Part shown: in pieces, positions 27,996 through 38,209 of the stretch | Layout: the number at the start of each line of letters is the position of its first letter | Position numbering within the stretch: the stretch's first letter is position 1 | IMG/VR virus record: IMGVR_UViG_3300037470_001039 | Location: 31,572-95,571 of that record | Direction: 5' to 3' (one strand) | Origin: a virus | DNA length: 64,000 nucleotides | Translations under genes and position numbers: made by a program | The notes under the pieces: model-generated | Database searches by the model: none | Seen by the model: only the letters and a program-made list of their open reading frames with translations | Told to the model about the DNA's origin: nothing

Positions 27996-30900
27996 ATGAA
28001 CTTTCTGGAGAGTTTCGAGGACGCGACACGACCTGACATACCCAAGAAGCCGTGGTTCGACGAGGTCTCGATGGGACTCGTGGACTCCATCGAGATGCTG
28101 AACCGCGTCGTGGACGAGTGCATCGAGACGGGGCGCTACGGCCTCGACCTCGAGACGACGGGTCTCGACAACCGCGTTTTCGACGGCGAGACCAAGGACA
28201 AGATCGTCGGCTTCTGTCTCGCGCCCGACGGCAAGCGAGGATACTACGCCCCCCTCCGGCACCAGAAGGGGGAGGAGCACAACCTGCCCATCCAGGCGGC
28301 CTACGCCTGCATCCGGCGCCTCGTCGAGGCCGACAGCGTCGCGGTCTTCCACAACGCGAAGTTCGACCACGAGTTCCTGCAGTTCCCGGGCGGGGAGGGC
28401 ATCGGCATGTGGGACGACCCGAAGACGTTCGACGACACGAACCTCCTCGGGTGGTTGAGGAACACGCGCGACAAGAACCTCAATCTCAAGCACATGTCCG
28501 CGAACGAGCTCGGCAAGGAGATGGTCGAGCTCGAGGATCTCTTCGGGAAAGACCACCAAGACAAGCTCGACTTCTCGGAGCTCGATCCCTCCTGGGAGCC
28601 CTGCATCTGGTACACCTGCTCGGACGCCATCTGCACCCTGCTGCTCTACGAGAAGGTCCACCCCGAGGTCGTCGCTCCCGACGGCAAGCGCAGCCTCGGA
28701 CAGGAGGTCATCTACAACCTCGAGAAGATGACGCTCCCGGCCACGAGGTGGATGGAGCGCGCCCGCCTGTGGGTCGACCAGGAGCGCGTCGCAGAGCTGA
28801 TGCAGCTCGGGCAGGTCGAGCTGTTCCAGGCGATGTGCGACATCTACGACTTCTGCAACGAGGCGCTCGGGTCGAAGCGGCCGCTGGACCGAGACGAGCA
28901 CGGGAACACGCATCCGGGCACCGTCGAGCCCGGATGGTTCCGCGTGCTGCGGAAGAAGTTCGTGCCGGACAACCCGGACTACGACATCAACAAGCAGATC
29001 GAGGACTGCCGCCAGGAGGCCAAGCGCAAGAACATGGACGACCTCGACGCCAAGGGGCACTACTTCAAGCTCGACGTGCCCGAGGGGGACCCCGACCACG
29101 GCTCCCCGCAGAAGTACGACATCCTCAGCCGACAGCAGCTTGGCCCGCTGTTCGAGGAACTCCGCATCCCGGACCTCAACCGCACCGCCAAGTCCGACCA
29201 GGTCCAGACGACGCAGGCCGAGATCGAGTGGCTCGACGAGAAACACGGCCACAAGTACCCGTTCCTCCCCAAGATCAAGCGCCTCGGCGAGCTCCAGAAG
29301 GCCCTGGGCACCTACCTCATCTCGCTGCATCGCGACGTCGGCCCCGACGGCACCCTCCGGGCGAACTACAAGCAGATGGGCACCGACACCGGACGCTTCA
29401 CCACGCCGTCGAGCAAGAACCCCGAGGAGGACGGCGGCACGAAGTTCCCGATCCACGGGGCGCCGGCCACCTACGACAAGAAGCGGCCGCAGTGTCTGCT
29501 CGGCATCCGGTCCGCGTTCAGGGCGAGGCCTGGTCGTACCATGGTCGCCATCGACTGCGGCGGCGTCGAGCTCCGCATCGCGACGATCTACTCGGGCGAG
29601 CCCAAGTGGCTGCGCGAGTACTTCCGGTGCAGCTCGTGCGGCAACGAGTTCGAGGCGGGGGACGGCACCATCACCCCCGAGGCCCCGCCGGCCTACTGCC
29701 CCAAGTGCGGAGACGACCGCATCGGCGACCTGCACACGCTCACCGGCATCACGTTCTTCGGCGAGGACAAGGTCGGCACGAAGCAGTGGAAGCAGATGCG
29801 CCAGGAGGCGAAGTGCGTCCATCCGGACACACTCGTGCTGACCCCCTCCGGTTTGGAGCGTATCGGTGCGAAGTTTGAGTTCGGGAAAAGGGACGAATTC
29901 CTCGATGTGGAGAATCCCGAAGATGCTGCCATCTGGAACGGTGACGCGATGCAGCCGGTCAAGGCGTCCTACAACGGGGGATCCAAGAAACTGTTCCACG
30001 TCGTCACCCATCGAGGCATCGTGACGTGTTCGGACAAGCACCGGTTCAAGCTCAAGAACGGGCGCCTCATGTCCATCGAAAAGGGGCTCGCGGAGGGGGT
30101 GGGCCTCGTGCTGCCCAATGTTCCTCGGATGCCTGTTTTCAGAGGATGGAAACAGATCCAGTACCGGGCCGGCGAGGACGTGCCGCCCACGTACATCGCT
30201 CTCGGCCCGGATTTGGCTTACTTCGCGGGAGTCTACCTCGGTGACGGGATGAAGAGGGGAGGGTGGTCTGTCGGCATCTCCCACGGCCATGTAGAGAAAA
30301 CCGACAAGATGGGCATCCCATACGCGGAGTGGCAGGACCATCTCGTGGCCTTGTGTGAGGAGTTGCAGTTCCGTCCCGTGCGTCGCAAACAGTCGGTTTA
30401 CCTCGGGAGCAGGAAAGTGATCGGGTTCCTTGGCGCTCTCGGGCTCGTGGGTGATGACGAGAAACGGCGTCTTCGCGTGCCCGACTGGGTCCTCCAAGGA
30501 GGACAACTCTCGGCACTGCAATTCCTCGGGGGTCTGATCGATACCGATGGCACCGTCGACAAGGAGGACGCGGAGATCGCCATCACCACCAAGGACGCGG
30601 TGTTTGGCGGTCAGCTCATGGCCCTCCTTCGGGCCCTTGGGTTCATGCCACGCATGGAGCCCTGCTGGAACAAGACCTACAAGCGGTGGTACTACCGCCT
30701 CCATATCCGGGCCTCCGAGGCCCTTCGGTTGAAAGACGTGATCCGGCACCGGGGGAAAGTGGATCGGCTTCGCAAGGCAAAACTCGGCACGAAGGAGCCG
30801 GAGAACCAGGTGCTAGCCATCATCCCGGCAGGACGACAGCCCTGCGTGGATGTGTCGATGAAGGGGCGTGAGCACTTGTACTGGTGTAACGGCCTGATCA

Positions 30901-32264
30901 CCCACAACAGCGTAAACTTCGCGATGGCCTACGGCGGCGGTCCCTCGGCCATCATCCGCGTCATCAAGGGCTGCTCGGAGCAGGAGGCGGCGCGGCACCA
31001 CCGGTCCTTCAACGAGGCCTACTCCACGCTGAAGAACTGGTGGGACGAGGTGAAGACGTTCGGTCGCAAGCGCGGCTACGTCACCACGGCGTTCGGACGT
31101 CACTACCCCATCCCCGACATCCTGCTGCCGACGAAGTTCGGCAAGGTCAAGCAGCAGCTACTCGACGAGTATCCCGAGAAGCTCGCCAGGTGGGAGAAGA
31201 AGTACGAGGCCGCGAGGACGCCGAAGCAGCAGGCCCATCTGCTCGAGATCAAGCCCGCCCCCCCGACGGACGCGGCCGTCAAGAAGCAGATGGAGATCAA
31301 CCGGAAGTTCAAGGCGAAGGCCGAGCGCAACGCCACGAACGGTCCGATCCAGGGACTCTCCGCCGACATCACCAAGCTGGCGATGGCGCTGATCTACCGC
31401 GAGTGCAAGAAGCGCGGGTGGTTCGAGAAGGTCTACATGATCATCACGATCCATGACGAACTCGTGTTCGAGGTCGAGGACGACATCCTCGCCGACGCCG
31501 TCGAGACGTTCCAGCGCATCATGACGCGGAACAAGACCATCCTGAACATGAAGTGGCCGGTGCCGCTGACGACCGACTGCGAGGTCGGCTTCGACTGGAC
31601 GGTGCCGTGGGACATCAAGGACTTCAAGTACAGGCGCGTGCGCCCCGACGGCTTCCAGACGGACGAGAAGGGACGGCTGTTCCGCGACAAGGAGACGGGC
31701 GAGCTCAAGGCCAAGCGGTGGCCCGAGAAGTTCGTGAAAATCTTCGGGCCGGCCTACGGCTTCGCCCCGGTCGTCGAGAACCTGACCGAGGAAGAGGGTC
31801 GCAAGTTCTTCGGAGCCGAGTGGAAGCCGCTCACGGAGGCTCCCACGGAGCCCACGGCTCCCGTTCAGGCCCCCGGGCCCTCTCCGGCCCCACAGACGGC
31901 ACAGGAGACTCCAGAGACGGCCCAGAAGGCTCCACAGGCCGTCCCGGCCGAGGAGATGTCTGAGGAGGCCGCCTCGACACCGAATTCTCCTGCGGCGCCC
32001 TCCAAGGCCCCTGCGGCGCCGACGACGTCTCATCGACCCTCCGCCTCGACTCTCAAGCAGGGGGAGGTTTTCGAGTACCGTCTGCGCGAGCTGGGCATCG
32101 GCGTGGCGGACAAGCTCGCGCACGTCATCGTGCACTGTCGCGGCCGCGGATCGCATCCTCTGCGCATCGTCGGGCCGAGCGGCGAGCGGTTGCCTTGGCC
32201 CGACGCGAGTATCATGGTGAACGATGTCGAGTTCCTCCACATCGCGGGGCACTACGGGATCTGA
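27996..32264 (+). CDS. polA: family A DNA polymerase with 3'-5' exonuclease and intein
   Basis: DLETTG and HNAKFD (exonuclease), TDTGRF, DCGGVELR (motif A), RQEAK/SVNFAMAYG (motif B), NGPIQG and IHDELV (motif C). Confidence 0.93.
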   Translation: MNFLESFEDATRPDIPKKPWFDEVSMGLVDSIEMLNRVVDECIETGRYGLDLETTGLDNRVFDGETKDKIVGFCLAPDGKRGYYAPLRHQKGEEHNLPIQAAYACIRRLVEADSVAVFHNAKFDHEFLQFPGGEGIGMWDDPKTFDDTNLLGWLRNTRDKNLNLKHMSANELGKEMVELEDLFGKDHQDKLDFSELDPSWEPCIWYTCSDAICTLLLYEKVHPEVVAPDGKRSLGQEVIYNLEKMTLPATRWMERARLWVDQERVAELMQLGQVELFQAMCDIYDFCNEALGSKRPLDRDEHGNTHPGTVEPGWFRVLRKKFVPDNPDYDINKQIEDCRQEAKRKNMDDLDAKGHYFKLDVPEGDPDHGSPQKYDILSRQQLGPLFEELRIPDLNRTAKSDQVQTTQAEIEWLDEKHGHKYPFLPKIKRLGELQKALGTYLISLHRDVGPDGTLRANYKQMGTDTGRFTTPSSKNPEEDGGTKFPIHGAPATYDKKRPQCLLGIRSAFRARPGRTMVAIDCGGVELRIATIYSGEPKWLREYFRCSSCGNEFEAGDGTITPEAPPAYCPKCGDDRIGDLHTLTGITFFGEDKVGTKQWKQMRQEAKCVHPDTLVLTPSGLERIGAKFEFGKRDEFLDVENPEDAAIWNGDAMQPVKASYNGGSKKLFHVVTHRGIVTCSDKHRFKLKNGRLMSIEKGLAEGVGLVLPNVPRMPVFRGWKQIQYRAGEDVPPTYIALGPDLAYFAGVYLGDGMKRGGWSVGISHGHVEKTDKMGIPYAEWQDHLVALCEELQFRPVRRKQSVYLGSRKVIGFLGALGLVGDDEKRRLRVPDWVLQGGQLSALQFLGGLIDTDGTVDKEDAEIAITTKDAVFGGQLMALLRALGFMPRMEPCWNKTYKRWYYRLHIRASEALRLKDVIRHRGKVDRLRKAKLGTKEPENQVLAIIPAGRQPCVDVSMKGREHLYWCNGLITHNSVNFAMAYGGGPSAIIRVIKGCSEQEAARHHRSFNEAYSTLKNWWDEVKTFGRKRGYVTTAFGRHYPIPDILLPTKFGKVKQQLLDEYPEKLARWEKKYEAARTPKQQAHLLEIKPAPPTDAAVKKQMEINRKFKAKAERNATNGPIQGLSADITKLAMALIYRECKKRGWFEKVYMIITIHDELVFEVEDDILADAVETFQRIMTRNKTILNMKWPVPLTTDCEVGFDWTVPWDIKDFKYRRVRPDGFQTDEKGRLFRDKETGELKAKRWPEKFVKIFGPAYGFAPVVENLTEEEGRKFFGAEWKPLTEAPTEPTAPVQAPGPSPAPQTAQETPETAQKAPQAVPAEEMSEEAASTPNSPAAPSKAPAAPTTSHRPSASTLKQGEVFEYRLRELGIGVADKLAHVIVHCRGRGSHPLRIVGPSGERLPWPDASIMVNDVEFLHIAGHYGI
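29814..30908 (+). mobile_element. intein with LAGLIDADG endonuclease in polymerase motif B
   Basis: EAK|CVHPDT...CNGLITHN|SVNF, with FAGVYLGDG and FLGGLIDTDG blocks. Confidence 0.92.
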
Positions 32265-32267
32265 ACA

Positions 32268-32876
32268 ATGCTCAAGCCACTCACGACCGCCTTCCAAGGC
32301 CGGGAGATCACTCTCGAGTGCACCCACAAGCGGGAGTTCCCGCCTCCGCAGATGTACGGGTCTACGCCCGAGGACATCGACACCCTCTGGAAGCAGGGCA
32401 CGATCGACCAGAACCAGTACCAGCACCTCAAGGTCTGGCACGACAAGTGCGGGCTCATGGTGATGGGGCCGCGCTGTCTCGACTGCCCACTCGCGCTCAA
32501 GCAGAACCCGAGGCCTGGCCGTCCTCACGTCATCGAGACGGAGAACTGGCTTGAGGCGAAGAACAAGATGCACTGGGCCGACATGAAGGCTGGCAAATTC
32601 GCCCCTGCGCCCGAGCAGGAGCCCGGCGTCCCTCAGGTGCCGCTCGGTCCCGAGGAGAGCACTCCGCTTGAGGGCGCCCCCTTCGCGGGACAGCACGACG
32701 AGGGGTATCCCGTCGATCCACCGGAGCCGGAGGAGATCGCAGTCGAGACGCCGGAACCCACGTCGATCGCCGACATCCTCTCGGGGTCCGAGGAGACGGA
32801 GGAGCCCGAGGACGTCGAGGATGAGGAGGGGGCCGACCTCGACGACGACATCATCAGCGCCCTCGCGGACGACTGA
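32268..32876 (+). CDS. hypothetical protein with acidic tail
   Basis: 202-aa ORF. Confidence 0.65.
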   Translation: MLKPLTTAFQGREITLECTHKREFPPPQMYGSTPEDIDTLWKQGTIDQNQYQHLKVWHDKCGLMVMGPRCLDCPLALKQNPRPGRPHVIETENWLEAKNKMHWADMKAGKFAPAPEQEPGVPQVPLGPEESTPLEGAPFAGQHDEGYPVDPPEPEEIAVETPEPTSIADILSGSEETEEPEDVEDEEGADLDDDIISALADD

Positions 32877-33898
32877 TGCCCAAGAAGCCCAAGCGTCTGA
32901 ACATCACGAAGGATGACCGGGTCACGGGCGTCCTCCCGCGGCAGAAGGTCGACCTGTTCGCCGGCTGCAACCAGCCCGGCACGCCATGGTTCCAGCGTGA
33001 CGACTACGAGTTCATGAAGATCCACTGCCGGATCTGCAAGAACGCCGACTGCGTCCGCGCCAAGGGAGCCATCAGCCCGTGGCTCACGCGCATGGCGGAG
33101 CAGGTGGACTACCTGCTCAACGACCCTCAGTTCTCCGACCTCACCTCCGAGCAGCACCGTAACCTCGCGCAGATGGCCTTCGACGACATCTCGAAGAAGG
33201 CGATGCGCCTTGAGATCGCGAGGCAGCGTCAGGATTGGACGATCCCTGACGGGCCCACGGACGGCGTCGACAAGGTCGCGGCTCCCGAGACGACGGACCA
33301 GTTTGACGACGCGGTGCGAGCCCTCGCGGAGGCCAAGGGAAAGAAGTCACCCGAGCTCGCGCGTCCGCAGAAGGCAGACGGCCCGGCCCATTTCGAGGCC
33401 GAGGAGTCCGAGCCGGAGCCCAAGGAGGGCAGCGAGTGGGAGTACGACACGCAGTACCCCTCTTCCGACGGGAAGCGCACCTACCGCGTCACGCTTTCCA
33501 AGCAGGGCGCGTGGCGGTGCGAGTGCGACGGGTTCAAGCACCGAGAGAGATGCAAGCACCTCAACACCGTGCGTGCCTGGTACGAAGAGCAGGTGCGCAT
33601 CACCGAGGAGCAGGAGCGCAGGGACGCGGAAGAGGCGGTGCGCAGCAACCCTCGACAGGGACAGAGCCCGTCCACGCTGCCAGCTCCCACGAGTGACCCT
33701 CGCGTCCCGGACACGCGATACAACACCCCGATGCCCTCCGGTGGCGTCATGGTAGGCGGCGGAATGCCCCCTCCGAACACGCACCAGCAGCCGACGAGAC
33801 AGGAGCCCAAGGACCCCTGGGCCCCTCGGAAGAACAAGGCGACGGTGGTCTCGCCCGGCGCCGTGGTCACGTTGAAGGGGGACAAGAAGAATGGTTGA
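32876..33898 (+). CDS. SWIM zinc-finger protein
   Basis: YRVTL...WRCECDGFKHRERCKH. Confidence 0.75.
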   Translation: MPKKPKRLNITKDDRVTGVLPRQKVDLFAGCNQPGTPWFQRDDYEFMKIHCRICKNADCVRAKGAISPWLTRMAEQVDYLLNDPQFSDLTSEQHRNLAQMAFDDISKKAMRLEIARQRQDWTIPDGPTDGVDKVAAPETTDQFDDAVRALAEAKGKKSPELARPQKADGPAHFEAEESEPEPKEGSEWEYDTQYPSSDGKRTYRVTLSKQGAWRCECDGFKHRERCKHLNTVRAWYEEQVRITEEQERRDAEEAVRSNPRQGQSPSTLPAPTSDPRVPDTRYNTPMPSGGVMVGGGMPPPNTHQQPTRQEPKDPWAPRKNKATVVSPGAVVTLKGDKKNG

Positions 33899-34988
33899 CG
33901 ACGAAGAGGCGAAGTTCCTCGAGGTCATTGAGAAGTTCGGGCAGGACGTGCTCAAGAACAGCCCCGAGCTCCGTGACGTGCTGCGGCGTTTCTGGACCGA
34001 CGAGATCGACGCGAAGGAGGCGATCAAAGAGGTGTGGCGCGTGGCCGCCAGGGCGCCCAACCAGGCGTCAAGTATCGAGCAGGCAATGTTCCAGGTATTC
34101 GGCGTGGAGCCGAGATCCACGGATCTCGCGCACTTCCCGGATCGCCAGCGCATGCTCGAGCGATGGGGCTTCGATGAGGAGGATCTGATCTACGTTCCCG
34201 ACGAGAATCGTCCCGACTACAAAATGCTGCACCCGCTCCTCATGGGAATGATCGTCGAACTCCTCCAGTTCGACGGCGACATCCCGGAACTGCGCACCGG
34301 GAAACTCCCCGAGGGGGGCTTGCCCGCGGTTCCCGTGAAGACGACGGCCCGCGACCCCGTGGCTGTCGGGGCCATGCTCCGCACCGCGAGCGAGGAGGTG
34401 GCACTCGAGCTGGCCGCGGCGCAGGCCGAGCACGACGCCAAGGTGGCCAAGATGATCGAGGGCGTCGGAGGGACCGGGGCGGCCGTGACAGGTCTCGTGC
34501 GCCAGGAGACCGAGCGAGGGGTCGCCGTGCCCGGGTACGCGCCCGGGAGTCGTGCCGCGGCTCGAGCGGTCGACATCCCCACGGGCAAGGTGCTCGCGGC
34601 GATGCCGTTTGAGGAGCGCCAGGAGTTCGCCCACAAGGCGCTGACGAGCACGCAGGGCAGGCGCACCGCCGTCCCCGTGATCGCGCAGATGATCCTCGAC
34701 GCGCTGCACGAGCATGGTTTCACCGCCGTGCGCGTGCTCGAGGGTGACGGATCGACCCCGTTCGCCGACGTGGAGTGGACGGTGGGCATCGACGGAGGCC
34801 AGGGAGAGCGGAATCCGAACTTCAACTTCATCGACACGGCCGCGCGGTCGCTCTCGGGAAAGCTGATCCGCGAGCTCTCCGGCAACGCGAGCCGATACAC
34901 CCCCCTGCATCTCGCCGTCTCGTGCGTCAACACCGTGGCCGAGCGCCGTGTAGGGTGGCGCGCGACCCTCTACGAGCGGGGATCATAG
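33891..34988 (+). CDS. hypothetical protein
   Basis: 365-aa GC3-rich ORF. Confidence 0.7.
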   Translation: MVDDEEAKFLEVIEKFGQDVLKNSPELRDVLRRFWTDEIDAKEAIKEVWRVAARAPNQASSIEQAMFQVFGVEPRSTDLAHFPDRQRMLERWGFDEEDLIYVPDENRPDYKMLHPLLMGMIVELLQFDGDIPELRTGKLPEGGLPAVPVKTTARDPVAVGAMLRTASEEVALELAAAQAEHDAKVAKMIEGVGGTGAAVTGLVRQETERGVAVPGYAPGSRAAARAVDIPTGKVLAAMPFEERQEFAHKALTSTQGRRTAVPVIAQMILDALHEHGFTAVRVLEGDGSTPFADVEWTVGIDGGQGERNPNFNFIDTAARSLSGKLIRELSGNASRYTPLHLAVSCVNTVAERRVGWRATLYERGS

Positions 34989-35057
34989 AACCCGCGGAGA
35001 TCGATGCCTGGAGAGCCCCGGGATGGCAGCCCCCATTTTTCGGGTATTAAGAGTGTG

Positions 35058-35426
35058 ATGCGCGCCTTGATCGTGTACCTGTCTTCGCTCACGGCGGCGA
35101 TCGAGCACGCCCGCAGGTCCGGCGAGTGGGTCGTCGTGGTGGCCCCCACGGACAAGCAGAAGTCGATCGAACTGGGGCACGTATTCGTCAGCATCGTCCC
35201 GCGAGACGCGTCGTTCTGCGGCCGCACGGCCATCTTCCCCGGAGGCGGTCGCGTCACCGTCGTGGGGGGATCACAGCCTCTGCACGGCACCGGTTTCCGG
35301 GTCATGTTCGTCGGGTTCGACGGGAAGCTGCTGCTGGCGGACGAGATCGCCATACACGCGTGGCGCACGGCCGCCATCGGACACGTCACCCTCGGAGAAC
35401 GCCCCGGGGAGCTGAGGGTGCATTGA
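35058..35426 (+). CDS. hypothetical protein
   Basis: ATG at 35058, TGATG-coupled to the next gene. Confidence 0.55.
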   Translation: MRALIVYLSSLTAAIEHARRSGEWVVVVAPTDKQKSIELGHVFVSIVPRDASFCGRTAIFPGGGRVTVVGGSQPLHGTGFRVMFVGFDGKLLLADEIAIHAWRTAAIGHVTLGERPGELRVH

Positions 35427-35866
35427 TGGCGAGGAAGCTCTGGATCTTCCGAGTCTCCGGCGGCGACCCCTTCCGCCTCCAGGTCAAGGGCAACCCGCAG
35501 ATGGTTCACGACGGGGGCCCCGAGGCCGTGCTCAGGTGCCTGTGCACCGACGAGCAGGCCGACGTCCTCGAGGCGGAGATGGTCGAGCATGGGTGCTCCG
35601 TCTCCAAGAACTCGCCCGTCGTGGAGCCCGAGCAGAAGCGTGAGCGAGAGAACCTGCTCCAGGTGCTCGGCGGAGAGCGGACGTTCCCGTGCGAGCGCTG
35701 CCCTCAGTGCGCGTGGTTCGACCCCCACCTCGAGAGCCTGTGCGGGGCCGGGCTCGCGTTCGGGCAGCCAGGGTGGGAGGACGCGGCGATCAAAAGAGCC
35801 ATGACGAGCGAGAGGCATCAGCAGGATCTCAAGGCGTGTCCGCTCCGGGAAAGACAACTCCAGTGA
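35426..35866 (+). CDS. Cys-rich hypothetical protein
   Basis: MARKLWIF...CERCPQC. Confidence 0.55.
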   Translation: MARKLWIFRVSGGDPFRLQVKGNPQMVHDGGPEAVLRCLCTDEQADVLEAEMVEHGCSVSKNSPVVEPEQKRERENLLQVLGGERTFPCERCPQCAWFDPHLESLCGAGLAFGQPGWEDAAIKRAMTSERHQQDLKACPLRERQLQ

Positions 35867-35973
35867 GGAGCACCGCTGGGCGACCGGGTTCATCGCCGTC
35901 GGGTTCGCCGCGTGGGTCAAGTTCATCTCGTGGGCCGGCGTCGGCCGTTTTGACCCGAGAAGGAAAGATAGCG

Positions 35974-36363
35974 ATGAATGACGTACTGCCCATCGGAACG
36001 AAACTCGACCACCCGTGCCCGGAGTGCGGAGAATTCATGATCCTGCGCGAGAGCAAGTACGGCTTGTTCTACGGCTGCACGGGGTTCCCGGAGTGCGTGG
36101 CGGCCCACGGCGCGCACAAGGATGGTCGTCCGCTTGGGACGCCGGCGGACAAGAAGACGAAGCAGGCCCGTATCCGGGCCCACGACGTCTTTGACCAGCT
36201 CTGGAAGGACAGGCACATGAGCCGGAACGCTGCCTACGAGTGGATGCAGGACGCGATGGGCCTCTCCGAGGACGAGGCCCACATCGGCAAGTTCACGGAG
36301 GAGCAGTGTGACGAACTCGAACTCAAGGTTGGGGAGTTCCTCGAGGAGCAGGACGACGGATGA
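35974..36363 (+). CDS. zinc-ribbon protein (topoisomerase C4-like finger plus DUF3268-like domain)
   Basis: CPECGEFMILRESKYGLFYGCTGFPEC, then LGTPAD...RIRAHDVFDQLW...HIGKF. Confidence 0.75.
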   Translation: MNDVLPIGTKLDHPCPECGEFMILRESKYGLFYGCTGFPECVAAHGAHKDGRPLGTPADKKTKQARIRAHDVFDQLWKDRHMSRNAAYEWMQDAMGLSEDEAHIGKFTEEQCDELELKVGEFLEEQDDG

Positions 36364-37166
36364 CTTCCCACGTCGTCAAGATGGTCGCGGCCCTGGAGGG
36401 ATTGCGCGAGCTCGCGGCCTCGTCGGTGGACCTCATCGTGACCGACCCTCCGTACAACACGCTCGAGAAGCACCGGGCGGTGGGCACGACCACGAGGCTC
36501 ACGAGGTCTTCGCAGTCGAGCAACGACTGGTTCAAGACGGTGAGTTTCGACTACCTGCACGAGGTCTTCGTCGAGTGCTTCCGCGTGCTCAGGCGTCCCT
36601 CTCACCTCTACGTCATGTGCGACGAGGAGACGGCCGACATTCTCAAGCCCGACCTCAATGGCATCGGGTTCGAACAGCGCAAGACTCTGATCTGGGAGAA
36701 GATCGGCAAGCTTGAGAAGGTGAACTGCCCGAGCTGCGGGGTCCATGTCACCGACAAGCACCGCCCGGGAACGCCGGGCATGAGTTATCCGTGGCGGTCG
36801 TGCTATGAGATGATTTTGTTCTTTCAGAAGGGACAGCGGAAGGCGGCCGACGACAGGAGCCAGCGCAACGTGCTGCGTGTGCCCTGGATCAAGCGCCAGG
36901 GCGCGTACCCGACGGAGAAGCCCGTCGAACTCCTCAAACGCATCATCGCACAGGCGTCGTTCGAGGGAGACCTCGTGCTCGACCCCTTCGCCGGCAGCGG
37001 CTCGTGCGGAGAGGCGGCCTTCAATCTCAAGCGCAGCTTCCTCGGGTTCGACGTCGAGGACAAGGCAATACGAAGGTTCGAGGAGCGCCGCCAGCATTGG
37101 GTGTACGAGGATCCCGCAGACGCTCCTCGCGTGACGGGCGGCATCCTCGACATGTTCGGCGACTGA
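36360..37166 (+). CDS. beta-class DNA adenine methyltransferase
   Basis: IVTDPPY, YPTEKP and VLDPFAGSGS motifs. Confidence 0.92.
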   Translation: MTSHVVKMVAALEGLRELAASSVDLIVTDPPYNTLEKHRAVGTTTRLTRSSQSSNDWFKTVSFDYLHEVFVECFRVLRRPSHLYVMCDEETADILKPDLNGIGFEQRKTLIWEKIGKLEKVNCPSCGVHVTDKHRPGTPGMSYPWRSCYEMILFFQKGQRKAADDRSQRNVLRVPWIKRQGAYPTEKPVELLKRIIAQASFEGDLVLDPFAGSGSCGEAAFNLKRSFLGFDVEDKAIRRFEERRQHWVYEDPADAPRVTGGILDMFGD

Positions 37167-37195
37167 CGGTGTCGTTTCTATAACTCGCCCCCTGC

Positions 37196-37477
37196 ATGGG
37201 CCGCATACACGAAGCACGGCGCCGCCGAGAGGCCCTGCAGCAACTCACGGGGCGACACAAGAACGGCCGGTTCTGGTATCCGGTCCTCGACGAGCGCGTC
37301 TTCTCCCGCGGCGACGTGATCTGGATTGACCGCGGGCCCTCCGTCGGTCGTCACGAGGTGAAGGTCCTCGGGCACCGCGAGCTGCTCGTGCACCCCATCG
37401 GGAAGTGGGAGGAACTCGCGCGGAGGTGGAGAGGACGCCTGCGGCGCTGGTGGATCCGGCTGTGGCGCGGTCGGTAG
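37196..37477 (+). CDS. hypothetical protein
   Basis: 93-aa ORF. Confidence 0.5.
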   Translation: MGRIHEARRRREALQQLTGRHKNGRFWYPVLDERVFSRGDVIWIDRGPSVGRHEVKVLGHRELLVHPIGKWEELARRWRGRLRRWWIRLWRGR

Positions 37478-37485
37478 GGTGAAGG

Positions 37486-38197
37486 GTGGCCGACGAGCCC
37501 AAGGCGCTGCCGGGGGACGTTCCTCCCATCGAGTTCGTGTTCGAGGACGGCGAGGTGCTGGGCTTCCTCGCGCACGAGTGGGATCGCGGACCGGGCGTGG
37601 CCCCGCGACCGCCCATCCGCATGGGCGCGATGCCGTGGCTCAACATGCCTGCGACCCACTACAACCACGTGAAGCCACGGTGCCATGTGTGCAGGGGTCC
37701 TCGAGCTGCGGAAAGGGGACTTCAAGGCCCCCGTGAGCACCCGGGAGAGCATGTGGTGGTATGAGGACGACGGGGGCAAGCAACTGTTCTCCAACATCGA
37801 ACTCTCGTGCCCGGGCCCGGGGAAGACGCTGACAGGGGAGGCCATGGAGCGGGCTCGACGGAACAAGGTGGAGATCAGGAACACCAACGAGCACGTCCAT
37901 CGCGTCGAGAGACAGCAGTACGCGCTGGCGGCCGCGATGGAGGCCCGCATCACGCAGCTTGAGGCCGAGAACCGTGCGCTCAGGGAGCAGGTGGGGACCG
38001 TCTCGCAGATCGACCTCGGTCAGCTCGCGGCGAAGCTGTTCGAGCTCGCCGAGGCCGCGAAGGCCCGCAAGGCCCGCAAGGCCCTCGAGTCGGTCGAGAG
38101 CAAGGGGCGCGTGGTCCAGATCCCGAAGGAGCTCGCCGACGTGATCGACGTGATCGGGATACCGATCGAGGGAAAGATCGTCGACGAGGACGAGTAG
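37486..38197 (+). CDS. hypothetical protein, probably one gene with a frameshift near 37695
   Basis: PRCHVC in one frame continues as GVLELRKGD in another at a G-run. Coiled-coil C-terminus. Confidence 0.45.
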
Positions 38198-38209
38198 CGC
38201 AGACCGTCG

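Noticed and set aside
27960-30749. Long antisense and alternate-frame ORFs (for example 27960..30749, 10246..12618, 4928..7153)
   Set aside because: These are shadows of high-GC coding genes, with no motifs and Arg/Pro/Ala-rich composition.
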